Source of the DNA: Oceanispirochaeta sp.
GTDB taxonomy: Bacteria; Spirochaetota; Spirochaetia; DSM-2461
DNA length: 64,000 nt
Assembly: GCA_963666275.2 (NCBI GenBank)
Contig: CAXXOA010000002.1
Location: 864,001 to 928,000, forward strand
Reading direction: 5' to 3'
Notes under the pieces: model-generated
Databases searched by the model: none
Seen by the model: the letters and a program-made list of their open reading frames with translations, nothing else
What the model was told of the DNA's origin: nothing
Shown here: one piece after another, positions 28,393-38,951 of the stretch
Layout: the number at the start of each line of letters is the position of its first letter
Numbering within the stretch: position 1 is the stretch's first letter
Program-made: the position numbers and the translations under genes

Positions 28393-29379
28393 ATGAAAAC
28401 CAGAGTTTTATGCCTCATCCTCCTATGGTGCCTCTGCTCCCTGTTTCCCGGGGGGCAGGCAGAGGGGGAGGAATCTGCCACTGTCAGAATCCTCTTTATG
28501 CCCGGGGTAGCCGATCCCTTCTACTACTCCCTTGAAAAAGGAGCGAGAACAAAAGCTGATGAACTGGGAATCCCCTTTACCTCCGCACCTTTTCCCTCTG
28601 TATGGGATCCGGATGAACAGATCCTGATCCTGTCCGATGCTGTAAGCCGGGAGGATTATAACCTCGTTATTATCTCTCCCACCGCAAAAGACGCTCTTAT
28701 CGGGCCGCTGAAAACTCTCCATAACCGGGGAGTGAGCATCATAACAGTGGATACAGCCATCGGAGACGGGGATTATTCAGGCAGCAGCGAGTGGAGTTTT
28801 CCCCTGACTCATATAGGCACAGACAACTACGCGGGAGGAGTTCACCTGGCCGAGTATCTGGCGGAACAGGTGCATGAAAAGGGAAAAGTCTATATCAATA
28901 CCACCACCAGGGAGACCTCCACCACCGAAGAGAGAAGAAAAGGGTTCGCCGACGGGATTGCCCGTTTTCCCGAGATGGAACTGGTCCGGACCGATTACAA
29001 CGGGGACCGGCAGGAGGTGGCGGCAGAACAGACTCTTCAGGCCCTTCTGGCTTTTCCGGAGCTTGTGGGAATCTGCGGCACCAATGTTTTCAGCAGCCAG
29101 GGGGTTGCCGATGCCGTTTCCGGAACAGGACTGTCCGGGGCCGTCAAAATTGCCGCCTGGGATGCCACCGAGTCTCTTATAGAGGGGCTCAGGAACGGGG
29201 AGGTGGATGTTATCATGTCCCAGAAACCGGGAGACATAGGGGCTCTTGCCGTGGAATGGGCCTACAAATATCTGATAGAAGGAAGTAGGATTCCCGGAAG
29301 GATTACCTCGGGTTCCATCCTCTTTACCCCCTCCAATCTGAATGACCCTGCTGTCAGTCAGTATATCTATACCCGCTAG
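28393..29379 (+). CDS. Periplasmic sugar-binding-like protein (RbsB fold), probable sensory SBP
   Basis: Signal peptide, DPFY, IGTDNYAGG and STTEERRKGF. No transporter genes adjacent. Confidence 0.88.
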   Translation: MKTRVLCLILLWCLCSLFPGGQAEGEESATVRILFMPGVADPFYYSLEKGARTKADELGIPFTSAPFPSVWDPDEQILILSDAVSREDYNLVIISPTAKDALIGPLKTLHNRGVSIITVDTAIGDGDYSGSSEWSFPLTHIGTDNYAGGVHLAEYLAEQVHEKGKVYINTTTRETSTTEERRKGFADGIARFPEMELVRTDYNGDRQEVAAEQTLQALLAFPELVGICGTNVFSSQGVADAVSGTGLSGAVKIAAWDATESLIEGLRNGEVDVIMSQKPGDIGALAVEWAYKYLIEGSRIPGRITSGSILFTPSNLNDPAVSQYIYTR

Positions 29380-29394
29380 GACGGCTGAGACCCT

Positions 29395-31458
29395 ATGAAA
29401 CTTTTCCCCAAACTGGTCCTGGCCATTTCGCTTCTTATCCTTGTACAGGCTTTTACTACGGGAGTTCTTGTGAGCCGGTCGGTCAGGAGCAGCAACAGGG
29501 AAGACTCGCTTGTGGAGCTGAGAAAAGAGTCGTCTGTGATGCAGAATAATTTCCACTCCTGGAAAAGGCACCTGTGGAAACAGCTTGTGCGAATTCAGAC
29601 TATGGACACCACGCCCAGCAGGGAGAACCTGACCCTCTCCATGAGGTCTTCCAATGTGGATGCTGTGATTGTCAGATCCGGAGCGGAGGTTTTCACCATT
29701 GAAGCCATAAGTACAACCGGCGACTTTGTTCTGCCTTCTGCGGATGCTCTTCTCGTCTTCTATCCCCATCCCTATATCAGGCTCTACAGGATTGACGGTC
29801 AGTTCTACATGGTCGGAGCTATCTCTCTGAAAGAGTATTCTCCTGTAAAAGATGTTTTTCTTATAAAACATATTAACGGCAGTTTTCTCAGGAACATTGC
29901 CTTCAATAACCGGGGGGCCCTGTTTTTTCATACGGATCAGGAAATCCTTGTCAGCGATATCCCGAACGAACAGCTCCCGGCGGATTCTCTCCACAATGGT
30001 CAGGAGAGTGCCTATACGGAGCAGCTTGACCTGATCCTGAAGGGAACTTCCTACAATGTGGCCAGTGCCAAGTGCGGAGTGACGGGGTATCCCGGACAGG
30101 AGGAGATCGTCTACCTGTCGTCGGTGCTGTCGAACGAACCGTTTTCACGGAGGATCCAGGATGTGGAGAAGGCTGTGCTCACCGTGTCTCTGGCAGCCAT
30201 GCTGATTACTGTGTTCCTGAGTATGCTGATTTCCCGGGGGATCACAAAGCCTGTTATCCTGCTGGCACGAGCTATGGAGGATCTGAAAAGCGGCAATTTC
30301 GGTGTCCGTCTTCGGAATCCCCCCGGCGATGAGATCGGCATCCTTCTGCGGGGGTTCAATGATATGTCCGAAACCCTCTCTCAGGATCAGCTTGCCATTG
30401 AACGTTCTCTCCATGAGATCACTTTTCTCAACATGTACAATGAAAAGGTTATTAACTCCATCAGGGCCGCCATCGTCGTGGTGAATGAATCGAGAACCAT
30501 CGAGAAGTCCAACCATTTCTTTCAGACCCAGTTCCCAGAAGCGGAAAAGGGATCTCTTCCCTTTGACAGTTCCGTTCTGAATGAGATTGATCAGATTGTC
30601 CGGGGGAGGAAGGAGTTTCATATTCAGCGTTTCAGGGGAAAGGATCAGAGGGTTTATGAGCTGAAAATCTACCCCCTTCAGAGAGACAGCAGAAACGGAG
30701 GAGTCAAAAATCTGGCTGTTCTGCTTCTGGAGGATATTTCTGAAAAAAATGCCTACGAGGAGAAAATCTTCCAGGCGGAAAAACTGACCTCTGTGAGTAT
30801 GCTCTCCGCCGGGATTGCCCATGAGATCAATAATCCTCTCTCTTCGATTCTGACAAATGTTCAGAATCTGATTTACGACGAACAGGATGAGGAGTCTCTG
30901 GACACTCTCCGGCTGGTGGAGAATGAGACTCTCCGGATTGCCAGAATTATCCGGGATCTTCTGGATTTTACTTCTCAGGAGCAGAATGAAACCATCAGTG
31001 TGAATCCCCTCTCGGCGGCGGAAGAAGTTATCCGGCTGATTCAGCACGCGGGCCATGCCAGGGGCCGGGGAATCTCTCCTCTGAAAATTGAATGTCCCTT
31101 TTCTCCGGGCAGTGTTACAATATCCAAGGGTGAACTGATGCAGGTTTTTATCAATCTTATTCAGAACGCTCTTCATGCCAGCAGAGGAGAGGATCCTGTG
31201 GTGCTCCGCTTTGGCAGGGAAGAGTCGGGGTTTCTGACGATTTCTGTCAGAGACAGGGGGGAAGGCATCCCCGATGAGCTGCTGACCCGGGTCTTCGACC
31301 CGTTTTTTACAACAAAAGCCAATGGAGAGGGCACGGGATTGGGGCTTTCCGTGGTTTACGGGATCATCATGAAATACAACGGCACAATCCGGATTGACAG
31401 CACTCCCGGCAGGGGGACGGAGGTGATTTTTCAATTGCCTCTGGAAGGATCATTGTAG
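29395..31458 (+). CDS. HAMP/PAS sensor histidine kinase (NtrB/AtoS-like)
   Basis: Two TM segments, HAMP DEIGILLRGFNDM, AHEINNPL, NLIQNA, DRGEGI, FDPFFTTK and GTGLGL. Confidence 0.95.
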   Translation: MKLFPKLVLAISLLILVQAFTTGVLVSRSVRSSNREDSLVELRKESSVMQNNFHSWKRHLWKQLVRIQTMDTTPSRENLTLSMRSSNVDAVIVRSGAEVFTIEAISTTGDFVLPSADALLVFYPHPYIRLYRIDGQFYMVGAISLKEYSPVKDVFLIKHINGSFLRNIAFNNRGALFFHTDQEILVSDIPNEQLPADSLHNGQESAYTEQLDLILKGTSYNVASAKCGVTGYPGQEEIVYLSSVLSNEPFSRRIQDVEKAVLTVSLAAMLITVFLSMLISRGITKPVILLARAMEDLKSGNFGVRLRNPPGDEIGILLRGFNDMSETLSQDQLAIERSLHEITFLNMYNEKVINSIRAAIVVVNESRTIEKSNHFFQTQFPEAEKGSLPFDSSVLNEIDQIVRGRKEFHIQRFRGKDQRVYELKIYPLQRDSRNGGVKNLAVLLLEDISEKNAYEEKIFQAEKLTSVSMLSAGIAHEINNPLSSILTNVQNLIYDEQDEESLDTLRLVENETLRIARIIRDLLDFTSQEQNETISVNPLSAAEEVIRLIQHAGHARGRGISPLKIECPFSPGSVTISKGELMQVFINLIQNALHASRGEDPVVLRFGREESGFLTISVRDRGEGIPDELLTRVFDPFFTTKANGEGTGLGLSVVYGIIMKYNGTIRIDSTPGRGTEVIFQLPLEGSL

Positions 31459-32820
31459 ATGAATATTCTCATAGCGGACGATGAAAAAGGAATTCAGAAC
31501 GGCCTTTCCAGACTGTTTTCCAGAGAGGGATTCGGTGTTTTTGCCGCCGGTGATTATGATCAGGCCCTGAAAATTGTCAGAGAGAATGAAATACAGGCCG
31601 CTCTGATCGATATCCGTCTGGGCAGCGGGGACGGAACGGCCCTTCTGAAAGAGATCATGAAAACCGATCAGGATACGGTATGCATCATGATTACAGGGTA
31701 TGCCAGCATCAACAGTGCTGTCGAGGCAATGCGGCTGGGAGCTGCAGACTATCTTATGAAGCCCCTGGATAATACCAAACTCCTGCAGAGTGTGCGTTCC
31801 AGAATCGAGATCCGCAAACTGAGGCATGAGAACTCCTTCCTCCGGTCTGAACTGGAGAATATGCGAGACAGGATTCCCTTTCTGTTCCGGGATCCCCGGA
31901 TGGGTGAGATCAGAGAACTGGCCGACAGGGTCAAGGATACGGATGTGACCATTCTTGTCGGAGGGGAGAGCGGCACGGGAAAAGAGGTACTGAGCCGGTA
32001 TATCCATGAAACGGGAAACAGAAAGGACTTTCCCTTTGTGGGGGTCAACTGCGCGGCGCTGTCTGAGACCCTGCTGCTCAGCGAACTCTTTGGCCATGAA
32101 AAAGGGGCATTCACAGGGGCTCAGGAGAGAAAAATCGGGAAAATTGAGCTGGCCGACAAGGGAACGCTCTTTCTGGATGAAATCGGGGATATGTCCCTGG
32201 ATGCCCAGGCCAAGCTCCTGCGGGTTATTGAAGAGGGAACCTTTGAGCGGGTCGGAGGAAACCGTCCCGTCAAAGCGGATTTCCGGCTTATCGCCGCCAC
32301 CAACAGGGACCTCTCCGCTCTGGTGGCATCCCGGCAGTTCCGTCAGGACCTCTACTACCGTCTGAAGGTTATCACCTTCCATCTCCCTCCCCTCAGGGAG
32401 AGGCGGGAGGATATCCCCCTTCTGGCGGACTATTTCTGTGATTTCTTCTGCCGGAAATACAGAAAGGACAAAATGGAGATCTCCCCGGAAAACAAAGAGA
32501 CCATGAAAAAATGCAGTTGGCCCGGAAATGTCAGAGAACTGAGGAATATGATCAACCAGGCGGTTCTGCTGAGTTCCGGATCCTCCCCGGACCTCTCTCC
32601 CTATCTTCTGCCGGCTGAAGCGGAACCGGAATTTGAGCCGGCTCTGATTCCCGAAGGTTCCCTGCATGAACAGCTGGAGATCCTGACGGAAAAATATGAG
32701 AGAAAAATCCTCTCCCGCGCCCTGGAAGAGACTCGCTTCAATAAAACCGAAGCGGCCCAGAAGCTTGGAATCTCCCGGAAAACCCTTTTCAATAAACTTA
32801 TGAAATACAACATGGCCTGA
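31459..32820 (+). CDS. sigma54-dependent response regulator (NtrC/AtoC-type enhancer-binding protein)
   Basis: Receiver domain, GESGTGKE, ELFGHEKGAFTGA, FLDEIG, WPGNVREL and Fis HTH. Confidence 0.97.
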   Translation: MNILIADDEKGIQNGLSRLFSREGFGVFAAGDYDQALKIVRENEIQAALIDIRLGSGDGTALLKEIMKTDQDTVCIMITGYASINSAVEAMRLGAADYLMKPLDNTKLLQSVRSRIEIRKLRHENSFLRSELENMRDRIPFLFRDPRMGEIRELADRVKDTDVTILVGGESGTGKEVLSRYIHETGNRKDFPFVGVNCAALSETLLLSELFGHEKGAFTGAQERKIGKIELADKGTLFLDEIGDMSLDAQAKLLRVIEEGTFERVGGNRPVKADFRLIAATNRDLSALVASRQFRQDLYYRLKVITFHLPPLRERREDIPLLADYFCDFFCRKYRKDKMEISPENKETMKKCSWPGNVRELRNMINQAVLLSSGSSPDLSPYLLPAEAEPEFEPALIPEGSLHEQLEILTEKYERKILSRALEETRFNKTEAAQKLGISRKTLFNKLMKYNMA

Positions 32821-32994
32821 TGGGGGCTTCCGGCTCTTTGTTCTCTCACCGGGCAAGGCCTGCAGGGGCGTCTCCTCCGGGGGAGGTTTGAATTCATAGG
32901 CAGATGGCTTATAATGAAACTCTGAATATCCGGTCGGAATGTATTTTTCTTTGAGTTTCGATTTGGTATGCAAAGTCTATCCAAGGAGAAAATA

Positions 32995-33477
32995 ATGAAA
33001 ATAACAGGCAAATGCGTTGTATCTATGAATTACAAACTGACCGACAAGGACGGGGTACTGCTGGACCAGTCCGCCGATGCTCCTCTGACCTATCTGCACG
33101 GGACAGGATCTCTGATCCCCGGTCTTGAAAAAGAGCTCGAAGGGAAGAGTGCGGGTGACAAAGTAGAGGTTTCCGTTCCTCCTGCCGAAGCCTATGGTGA
33201 GATCGCCCCCCAGCTGATCCAGAAACTTCCTCTGAATATCTTCAATGGTGTAGAGAAAGTGGAAATCGGAATGGAGTTTGAAGCTTCAGGAGCGGAAGGT
33301 CAGGTCATGGTTGTCAGGGTCGAAGACGTGCAGGGTGAGGAAGTAACCGTCAACGGTAACCATCCTCTGGCAGGTAAAACCCTGAATTTTGATGTTGATA
33401 TTGTTGAAGTCCGGGAAGCCACAGAAGAGGAACTGGAACATGGCCATGCTCATGGAGCCGGCGGCCATCATCACTGA
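32995..33477 (+). CDS. slyD: FKBP-type peptidyl-prolyl isomerase SlyD
   Basis: LIPGLEKEL, AYG, NHPLAGKTL and His-rich tail. AAGGAG RBS supports start 32995. Confidence 0.95.
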   Translation: MKITGKCVVSMNYKLTDKDGVLLDQSADAPLTYLHGTGSLIPGLEKELEGKSAGDKVEVSVPPAEAYGEIAPQLIQKLPLNIFNGVEKVEIGMEFEASGAEGQVMVVRVEDVQGEEVTVNGNHPLAGKTLNFDVDIVEVREATEEELEHGHAHGAGGHHH

Positions 33478-35627
33478 TTTTTTATATAGTCAACCAGTTT
33501 GTTAATCCGCAGAGGGCGGCTGTAATAGTAGCCCTGAATGAAGTGGCATTTTTTCAGGATGCTGTTGTTCAGCTGTTCCTCTGTTTCGACACCTTCGGCG
33601 ACCATGGACAGATCCATATTATCCGCCAGATTCACAATAGAACTTATGACCTTCATATTTATGGGATCCGGGATATTCCGGATAAAATCCCTGTCAATTT
33701 TAATGCATTCCACAGGGAGTCTGCTGAGATAGCTCAGGCTTGAATAGCCCTTTCCGAAGTCATCAATTATAAGGGTCACACCGGGATGTTCCTTTTTCAG
33801 GCGATTCAGGGTGCGGCTGATCTTTTCGGGGTCTTCCATAAGGAAGGTCTCTGTTATTTCAAGCTTCATCAGCCTGGGATCCAGGCCTGTTCTTTTTATT
33901 ACTCCGTCGATCAGCTCGGGAAAATTCGGAAGCATAAGCTGTTTCGTACTGATATTGACCGACAGAAACAGGTTTGTTTTCAGTTTTCTGTTCAGAAGGC
34001 GGATATCCATGCAGGCTCTGTCCAGAACCCATAAGCCGATGGGGATGATCATGCCGTTCTCTTCTGCCGCAGGGATAAACAGATCCGGGGGAATCACTCC
34101 CCGGGTGCCGTGCTCCCATCGTATGAGAGCTTCTACTCCGGCAATTCCCTCGCCGTTGGTATGTATGGGCTGATACTCCAGAAACATTTCCTGCCTGACC
34201 AGGGCAGACTTCAGTCCCTGTTCTATGGTCCATTTATTTTTTGCCGAGTGGGTCAGGTCTTCTGAAAAAACCACAAACTGATTTTTCCCGTTTTCCTTGG
34301 CGCTGTACATGGCCAGATCCGCATTTTTGGTTATCGTATCATGGTCGCTGCCATGGTCGGGAATCAGGGCGATCCCGATGCTGACCCCTATGGAGGCCTG
34401 ATTGCTCTCACCGTCCTGGTCTATGACGAAACTTCTGCTGATACTGGCCAGTATCTTCCTGGCTACCAGCTCGGCGTCTTTCTTTTCGTTGACCTTGGTC
34501 AGGAGTACAACAAACTCGTCTCCTCCGAAACGGTAGATCAGATCCGACTCTCTCAGGGTATCTCTCAGCCTCTGGGCGGTGTCTATCAGAATTTCATCGC
34601 CCGCCTGATGACCGAATGTATCATTGACCTGTTTAAAACCGTCCAGATCCAGGAAGAAGAGAGCCGCATTGCTGATGGATCCGGAGGACATCTGCTCAAA
34701 GAGGCTTGTGATATCCGAAGCGAATAGATCCCGGTTCCCCAGATCGGTGAGCTTGTCATGGTAGGCCAGGTAGCGCAGTTTCCGCTCGATATTCTTTCTG
34801 TGGCTCACATCCCGGATAATACAGGTCAGAGTCCTTTCGTGGAACTCTCTGGAATTGCCGAAAGATATCTCTATGGGGGAGACTCCCCTGTTCTTGTTCC
34901 GGGCCAGAAGCTCCATATGATCGTCAATATTAATTTCTTTTCTGTCATCAAAATCCACATAGAAATACTTTCTGATGTCAGGGGCATAGCGTTTGAAAAG
35001 TTCTTCCGGAAAGAGGGTTTCGAAGGATTTTCCTGTGATCTCTTTTTTGTCATAGCCGAAAACCCGGATAGTGGCGGAATTGGCATAGATAATCTTGAAG
35101 GACTCATCAATGATGATCACAGCTTCCGAAATGGTTTCCGATAGGGACTCATAGTTTTTCTGAACTTCCTTCAGCTGGTCCACCAGTTTTTCCGAATTGG
35201 ATTCGGGCTCCCAGATATTCAGAAAGAAAGTCCTCTCACTGCCCTGTTTGTAGGGGAGGATGATGGCTTCAAAAGACTTATGTTTGTTATTCCCCGTAAG
35301 GCATCTGAAAAGAAAAAGGTCCTCTTCCTTCTCTATCTGAGTCTCTGTCGTCGGGTTGAGCTGCTCTCTGATTCTGCTTTTAAGAAGGGGATGGTATTCC
35401 GGGGGAATCAGATCGTATATGGATTCGGCAGGCAAACCGGTTTCGGGTATTTCCAGGATTTTTTGTGCATGAGAGTTTGTTTTCAGAATCTTTCCATCCT
35501 CTTTCAGTTGAATAACACCGTCTATGGCATTTTCCATAATGAAATCCGAGGGGATCCCCATGCTGTCGGCAATGGACTTTTCTATGTCAGTATCCCGTTC
35601 CTTATTTTCTGAAATCTTTTCAGCCAA
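33471..35627 (-). CDS. PAS-PAS-GGDEF-EAL c-di-GMP cyclase/phosphodiesterase
   Basis: Intact GGDEF with RESD I-site, VEALIRW and DDFGKGYSSL. No TM segment. TTG start. Confidence 0.95.
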   Translation of the reverse strand: MAEKISENKERDTDIEKSIADSMGIPSDFIMENAIDGVIQLKEDGKILKTNSHAQKILEIPETGLPAESIYDLIPPEYHPLLKSRIREQLNPTTETQIEKEEDLFLFRCLTGNNKHKSFEAIILPYKQGSERTFFLNIWEPESNSEKLVDQLKEVQKNYESLSETISEAVIIIDESFKIIYANSATIRVFGYDKKEITGKSFETLFPEELFKRYAPDIRKYFYVDFDDRKEINIDDHMELLARNKNRGVSPIEISFGNSREFHERTLTCIIRDVSHRKNIERKLRYLAYHDKLTDLGNRDLFASDITSLFEQMSSGSISNAALFFLDLDGFKQVNDTFGHQAGDEILIDTAQRLRDTLRESDLIYRFGGDEFVVLLTKVNEKKDAELVARKILASISRSFVIDQDGESNQASIGVSIGIALIPDHGSDHDTITKNADLAMYSAKENGKNQFVVFSEDLTHSAKNKWTIEQGLKSALVRQEMFLEYQPIHTNGEGIAGVEALIRWEHGTRGVIPPDLFIPAAEENGMIIPIGLWVLDRACMDIRLLNRKLKTNLFLSVNISTKQLMLPNFPELIDGVIKRTGLDPRLMKLEITETFLMEDPEKISRTLNRLKKEHPGVTLIIDDFGKGYSSLSYLSRLPVECIKIDRDFIRNIPDPINMKVISSIVNLADNMDLSMVAEGVETEEQLNNSILKKCHFIQGYYYSRPLRINKLVDYIKNQ

Positions 35628-35841
35628 TTTATATACCCTGAGACTTTTTGAGAAGAATATATCGTTTACTACGTTAGAATGCTAATTATTGAGAAAATCA
35701 GCAAAAAAAACAATCAACGACCGGAAATAAACTGCATAATATTTCATTTTTCCAACCTATTCCCCTCAGATCATTCATATTTCCCGGTGGGGAAACTCCA
35801 CTCGTGTTGGCAAGATGGAAAGTACAGGTATAATCAGAGTT

Positions 35842-37095
35842 ATGAAATTGTCTGGATTTGGTGAAAAATTTACTTCTAAGTCGGGAATCCTCGAATTGAT
35901 GGATGACCTGGGAAAGGCCGTGTCGGGATCGGATCATGTCTGCATGCTGGGAGGGGGAAACCCCGGGAGCATCGAACAGGTGAATGCTGTCTGGAGAAGA
36001 TGTCTGACCGAACTGATGGCACAGGGGAACAAAATGGAAGAAGCCCTGGCCAATTACGATACCCCTCAGGGAAAACACTCTTTTCTGACGGCTCTGGCGT
36101 CTCTTCTGAAAGGCCAGTACGGCTGGGATATAGGTCCCGAGAATATTGCCGTGACCAATGGCAGTCAGAATGCCTTTTTTATACTTCTGAATCTCTTTTC
36201 CGGCACCGATGCGGAGGGGGTCAAAAAGAAGATCCTTTTTCCCATGTGTCCCGAGTACATCGGTTATGCCGATCAGGCTGTGGAGGAAGGCGTTTTTAAA
36301 ACAGTCCCTGCAGCGATACATGATGAGGACGGGTTCTTTTTCAAGTACCATGCGGATTTTTCAAAAATAGAGATAGGCGAGGATGTGGGGGCTCTCTGTG
36401 TTTCCCGCCCCACGAATCCAACGGGGAATGTTCTGACCGATGACGAGATCCGGCACCTGGCGGATCTGGCTGCCGGCGCGGGGGTTCCCTTTATTGTGGA
36501 CAATGCCTACGGTTCCCCCTTTCCCGAAATAATATTTCAGGATGTCACCCCTCTCTGGAATGAAAATATCATCCTCAGCATGAGTCTTTCCAAACTGGGG
36601 CTTCCTTCGGTCCGGACGGGGATCATTGTGGCTTCCCCCGAGATTATCCAGGCTGTTTCCGCCTGTAATGCCATTATCAGCCTGGCCAACGGTACCATCG
36701 GGCAGGTTATAACGGAATCTCTGATTAAAAGCGGCGAGATCCTGGACCTGAGCCGCAACTGTATCCGGCCCTTCTACAAGGAGAAATCCGATAGAGCTGT
36801 GTCTCTTCTGAGAGATCTGATGCCGCCGGAGGTGGATTTCAGGGTTCATCGGAGCGAGGGGGCCATTTTCCTCTGGGTCTGGTTCAGGAATCTGTCCATT
36901 ACATCCAGAGAGCTCTATGAGAGACTGAAAAAACGGGGGGTGATCGTCGTTCCCGGAGAGTATTTCTTTTTCGGGCTGGAAGAGACCTGGGAGCACAGTT
37001 CCCAATGCCTCAGGATCAACTATGCCCAGGAGGATCACCTTGTGGAAGAGGGAATCCGGGTTCTGGCGGAAGAAGCCGCGGGAGCTGTCAGGTGA
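35842..37095 (+). CDS. avtA: Valine-pyruvate transaminase
   Basis: MLGGGNP, YDTPQG, TNGSQ, PEYIGY, SRPTNPTGN, DNAYG and SLSKLGLP. Start 35842 preferred. Confidence 0.92.
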   Translation: MKLSGFGEKFTSKSGILELMDDLGKAVSGSDHVCMLGGGNPGSIEQVNAVWRRCLTELMAQGNKMEEALANYDTPQGKHSFLTALASLLKGQYGWDIGPENIAVTNGSQNAFFILLNLFSGTDAEGVKKKILFPMCPEYIGYADQAVEEGVFKTVPAAIHDEDGFFFKYHADFSKIEIGEDVGALCVSRPTNPTGNVLTDDEIRHLADLAAGAGVPFIVDNAYGSPFPEIIFQDVTPLWNENIILSMSLSKLGLPSVRTGIIVASPEIIQAVSACNAIISLANGTIGQVITESLIKSGEILDLSRNCIRPFYKEKSDRAVSLLRDLMPPEVDFRVHRSEGAIFLWVWFRNLSITSRELYERLKKRGVIVVPGEYFFFGLEETWEHSSQCLRINYAQEDHLVEEGIRVLAEEAAGAVR

Positions 37096-38291
37096 CTCTG
37101 AACGTCCTGATTGTTCTGATCCTTATCGGGGGATGGTTTTCGGGAAGGATCTTTGCCCGGATCGGCCTGCCTTCGGTGCTCGGTATGATTTTCTGGGGGA
37201 TCGCCATCGGTCTGGGGGGAGAGGGGTTCATTCCCGCTTCTCTGGATGAAATCAGCCCTTTTCTGAAATCCCTGGCTCTCATTGTCATTCTTCTCAGAGC
37301 GGGTCTGGGAATCAGAAGGTCCACCCTGGAAAAGGTGGGTAGGGTCGCTCTTCTCATGTCATTCCTTCCCTGTCTTTTCGAAGGAGGGGCTCTGATCCTC
37401 CTTTTTCACTATTTTATGGATTTCCCCTGGTTTACCGCCGGGGTGACAGCCTTCCTTCTGGCGGCGGTTTCCCCCGCTGTGGTTGTCCCCTCCATGCTGG
37501 AGATGAAAGACCGAGGTCTGGGAGCGGAGAAGGATGTGCCCACCATTATCCTGGCGGGTGCCTCTCTGGACGATGTTTTTGCGATCACCCTCTTTTCCAT
37601 CTTTCTGGGACTGGCGGGAGGCCAGGAAATAAGTCCCGCCATGGCCCTCCTCAGGATTCCCCTTTCGATTGCAGGGGGTATCATCCCCGGGGTGATTGTC
37701 GGTTTTTTTCTGACCTGGTACTTTCGGAAGCACCATGAGAAGATCCGGGCCACCGAAAAATCCCTGCTCCTTCTGGGGATGGCCGTCCTGCTGGTGGATA
37801 TCGGAGACTGGATTCAGACAGCCGCTCTCCTGGGGGTTATGACCACCGGGTTTATCCTTCTGGAGCGGGCGGAACATGTGGCTCATGAGCTGGCCGCCAA
37901 GCTGAATAAAGCCTGGGTTTTTGCAGAAATTGTGCTTTTCGTTCTTATTGGAATTTCAGTAGATGCCCGGGTCGCTTTCAGGGCGGGTCTGGCGGGACTT
38001 CTCATCATTGCGGGAGGGCTCATTTTCCGTTCTGTCGGTGTCTGGCTGGCGACTATGGGGAGCGGACTGAACAGAAAAGAGAGATTTTTCTGCGTCATCT
38101 CCTATCTGCCTAAAGCTACTGTTCAGGCTGCCATGGGGTCGGTTCCTCTGGCGGCGGGTATCCCCGAAGGGGAGCTCATCCTGGCACTGGCAGTTCTGGC
38201 TATTGTCTTTACAGCGCCTATGGGACTTATAGGAATCAGAAAGCTGGGTCCCCTGCTGCTTGAAATGCCTCAGGATCCGGCGGGCTCGTAA
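37092..38291 (+). CDS. Cation:proton antiporter (NhaP/NHA2-like)
   Basis: AVSPAVVVP, GASLDD and PKATVQAA. GTG start overlaps the avtA stop. Confidence 0.92.
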   Translation: MTLNVLIVLILIGGWFSGRIFARIGLPSVLGMIFWGIAIGLGGEGFIPASLDEISPFLKSLALIVILLRAGLGIRRSTLEKVGRVALLMSFLPCLFEGGALILLFHYFMDFPWFTAGVTAFLLAAVSPAVVVPSMLEMKDRGLGAEKDVPTIILAGASLDDVFAITLFSIFLGLAGGQEISPAMALLRIPLSIAGGIIPGVIVGFFLTWYFRKHHEKIRATEKSLLLLGMAVLLVDIGDWIQTAALLGVMTTGFILLERAEHVAHELAAKLNKAWVFAEIVLFVLIGISVDARVAFRAGLAGLLIIAGGLIFRSVGVWLATMGSGLNRKERFFCVISYLPKATVQAAMGSVPLAAGIPEGELILALAVLAIVFTAPMGLIGIRKLGPLLLEMPQDPAGS

Positions 38292-38920
38292 ATTCTCAGA
38301 CCGTAGATGTTTCTGGCCGGGCCGCTGCCGAATTTATCACTCAGATTGTACTGTTCGCTCAGATAGCGGGTTTTCTCGTTCAGAGGATCCCTTATGAGGA
38401 AATCCGCTTCTCTGTAACCGTTGATCACAACGAAATGGGGGATCCCTCCGGGACGGAGAACCTCCGCAATCACAGGGATGTCCCTGTCCAGATAGGAGCG
38501 GATGAGTTCGGGATCTGCCGGAGTGCTGCGGAAGTCCACGTAGGTATAACTCCCGATCTGATCCATCTTGTCCACAGGCTTCTGCCAGAGAATTCTGACT
38601 TTTCCCAGGAATTCTCCCGAATCGTCATCCCAGCCCTTATCAAAACCTTCATTTTCGACAAGCCATTTGTTCAGTCTGCCCGGATTTGTTCTGACATTGT
38701 AATAGTCCAGCACCATTGCCGCTGCGGTGAGGGCACAGCCGTGAGTATGGATTGTCAGGGTTTTACTGGTTCCGAGGAAGTCCTCACCCCAGCGTTCCGC
38801 TTTTGTCTGACCGAACCAGCGGACGCGGAGTTCCTTCTCGGCGGTTCCTGATCCGTACATCAGGAAGGACGTTGTCAGGATCAGAAGAAGAAGGGGATAG
38901 AAGGTTTGCTTTCTGCACAT
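38270..38920 (-). CDS. Exported C39-like cysteine peptidase family protein
   Basis: Signal peptide, Q...W, GCALTAAAM, HFVVING and IRDP. Confidence 0.85.
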   Translation of the reverse strand: MCRKQTFYPLLLLILTTSFLMYGSGTAEKELRVRWFGQTKAERWGEDFLGTSKTLTIHTHGCALTAAAMVLDYYNVRTNPGRLNKWLVENEGFDKGWDDDSGEFLGKVRILWQKPVDKMDQIGSYTYVDFRSTPADPELIRSYLDRDIPVIAEVLRPGGIPHFVVINGYREADFLIRDPLNEKTRYLSEQYNLSDKFGSGPARNIYGLRIYEPAGS

Positions 38921-38951
38921 GAGTAGGAGTATACCGCGGGACGGGTATTTT

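Noticed and set aside
28777..31434. 405-aa and 429-aa minus-strand ORFs
   Set aside because: They are antisense to the SBP and kinase, which carry clear family motifs.
31450..32973. 507-aa minus-strand ORF
   Set aside because: It is the antisense shadow of the sigma54 regulator, with no motifs of its own. Long antisense frames are common opposite conserved genes.
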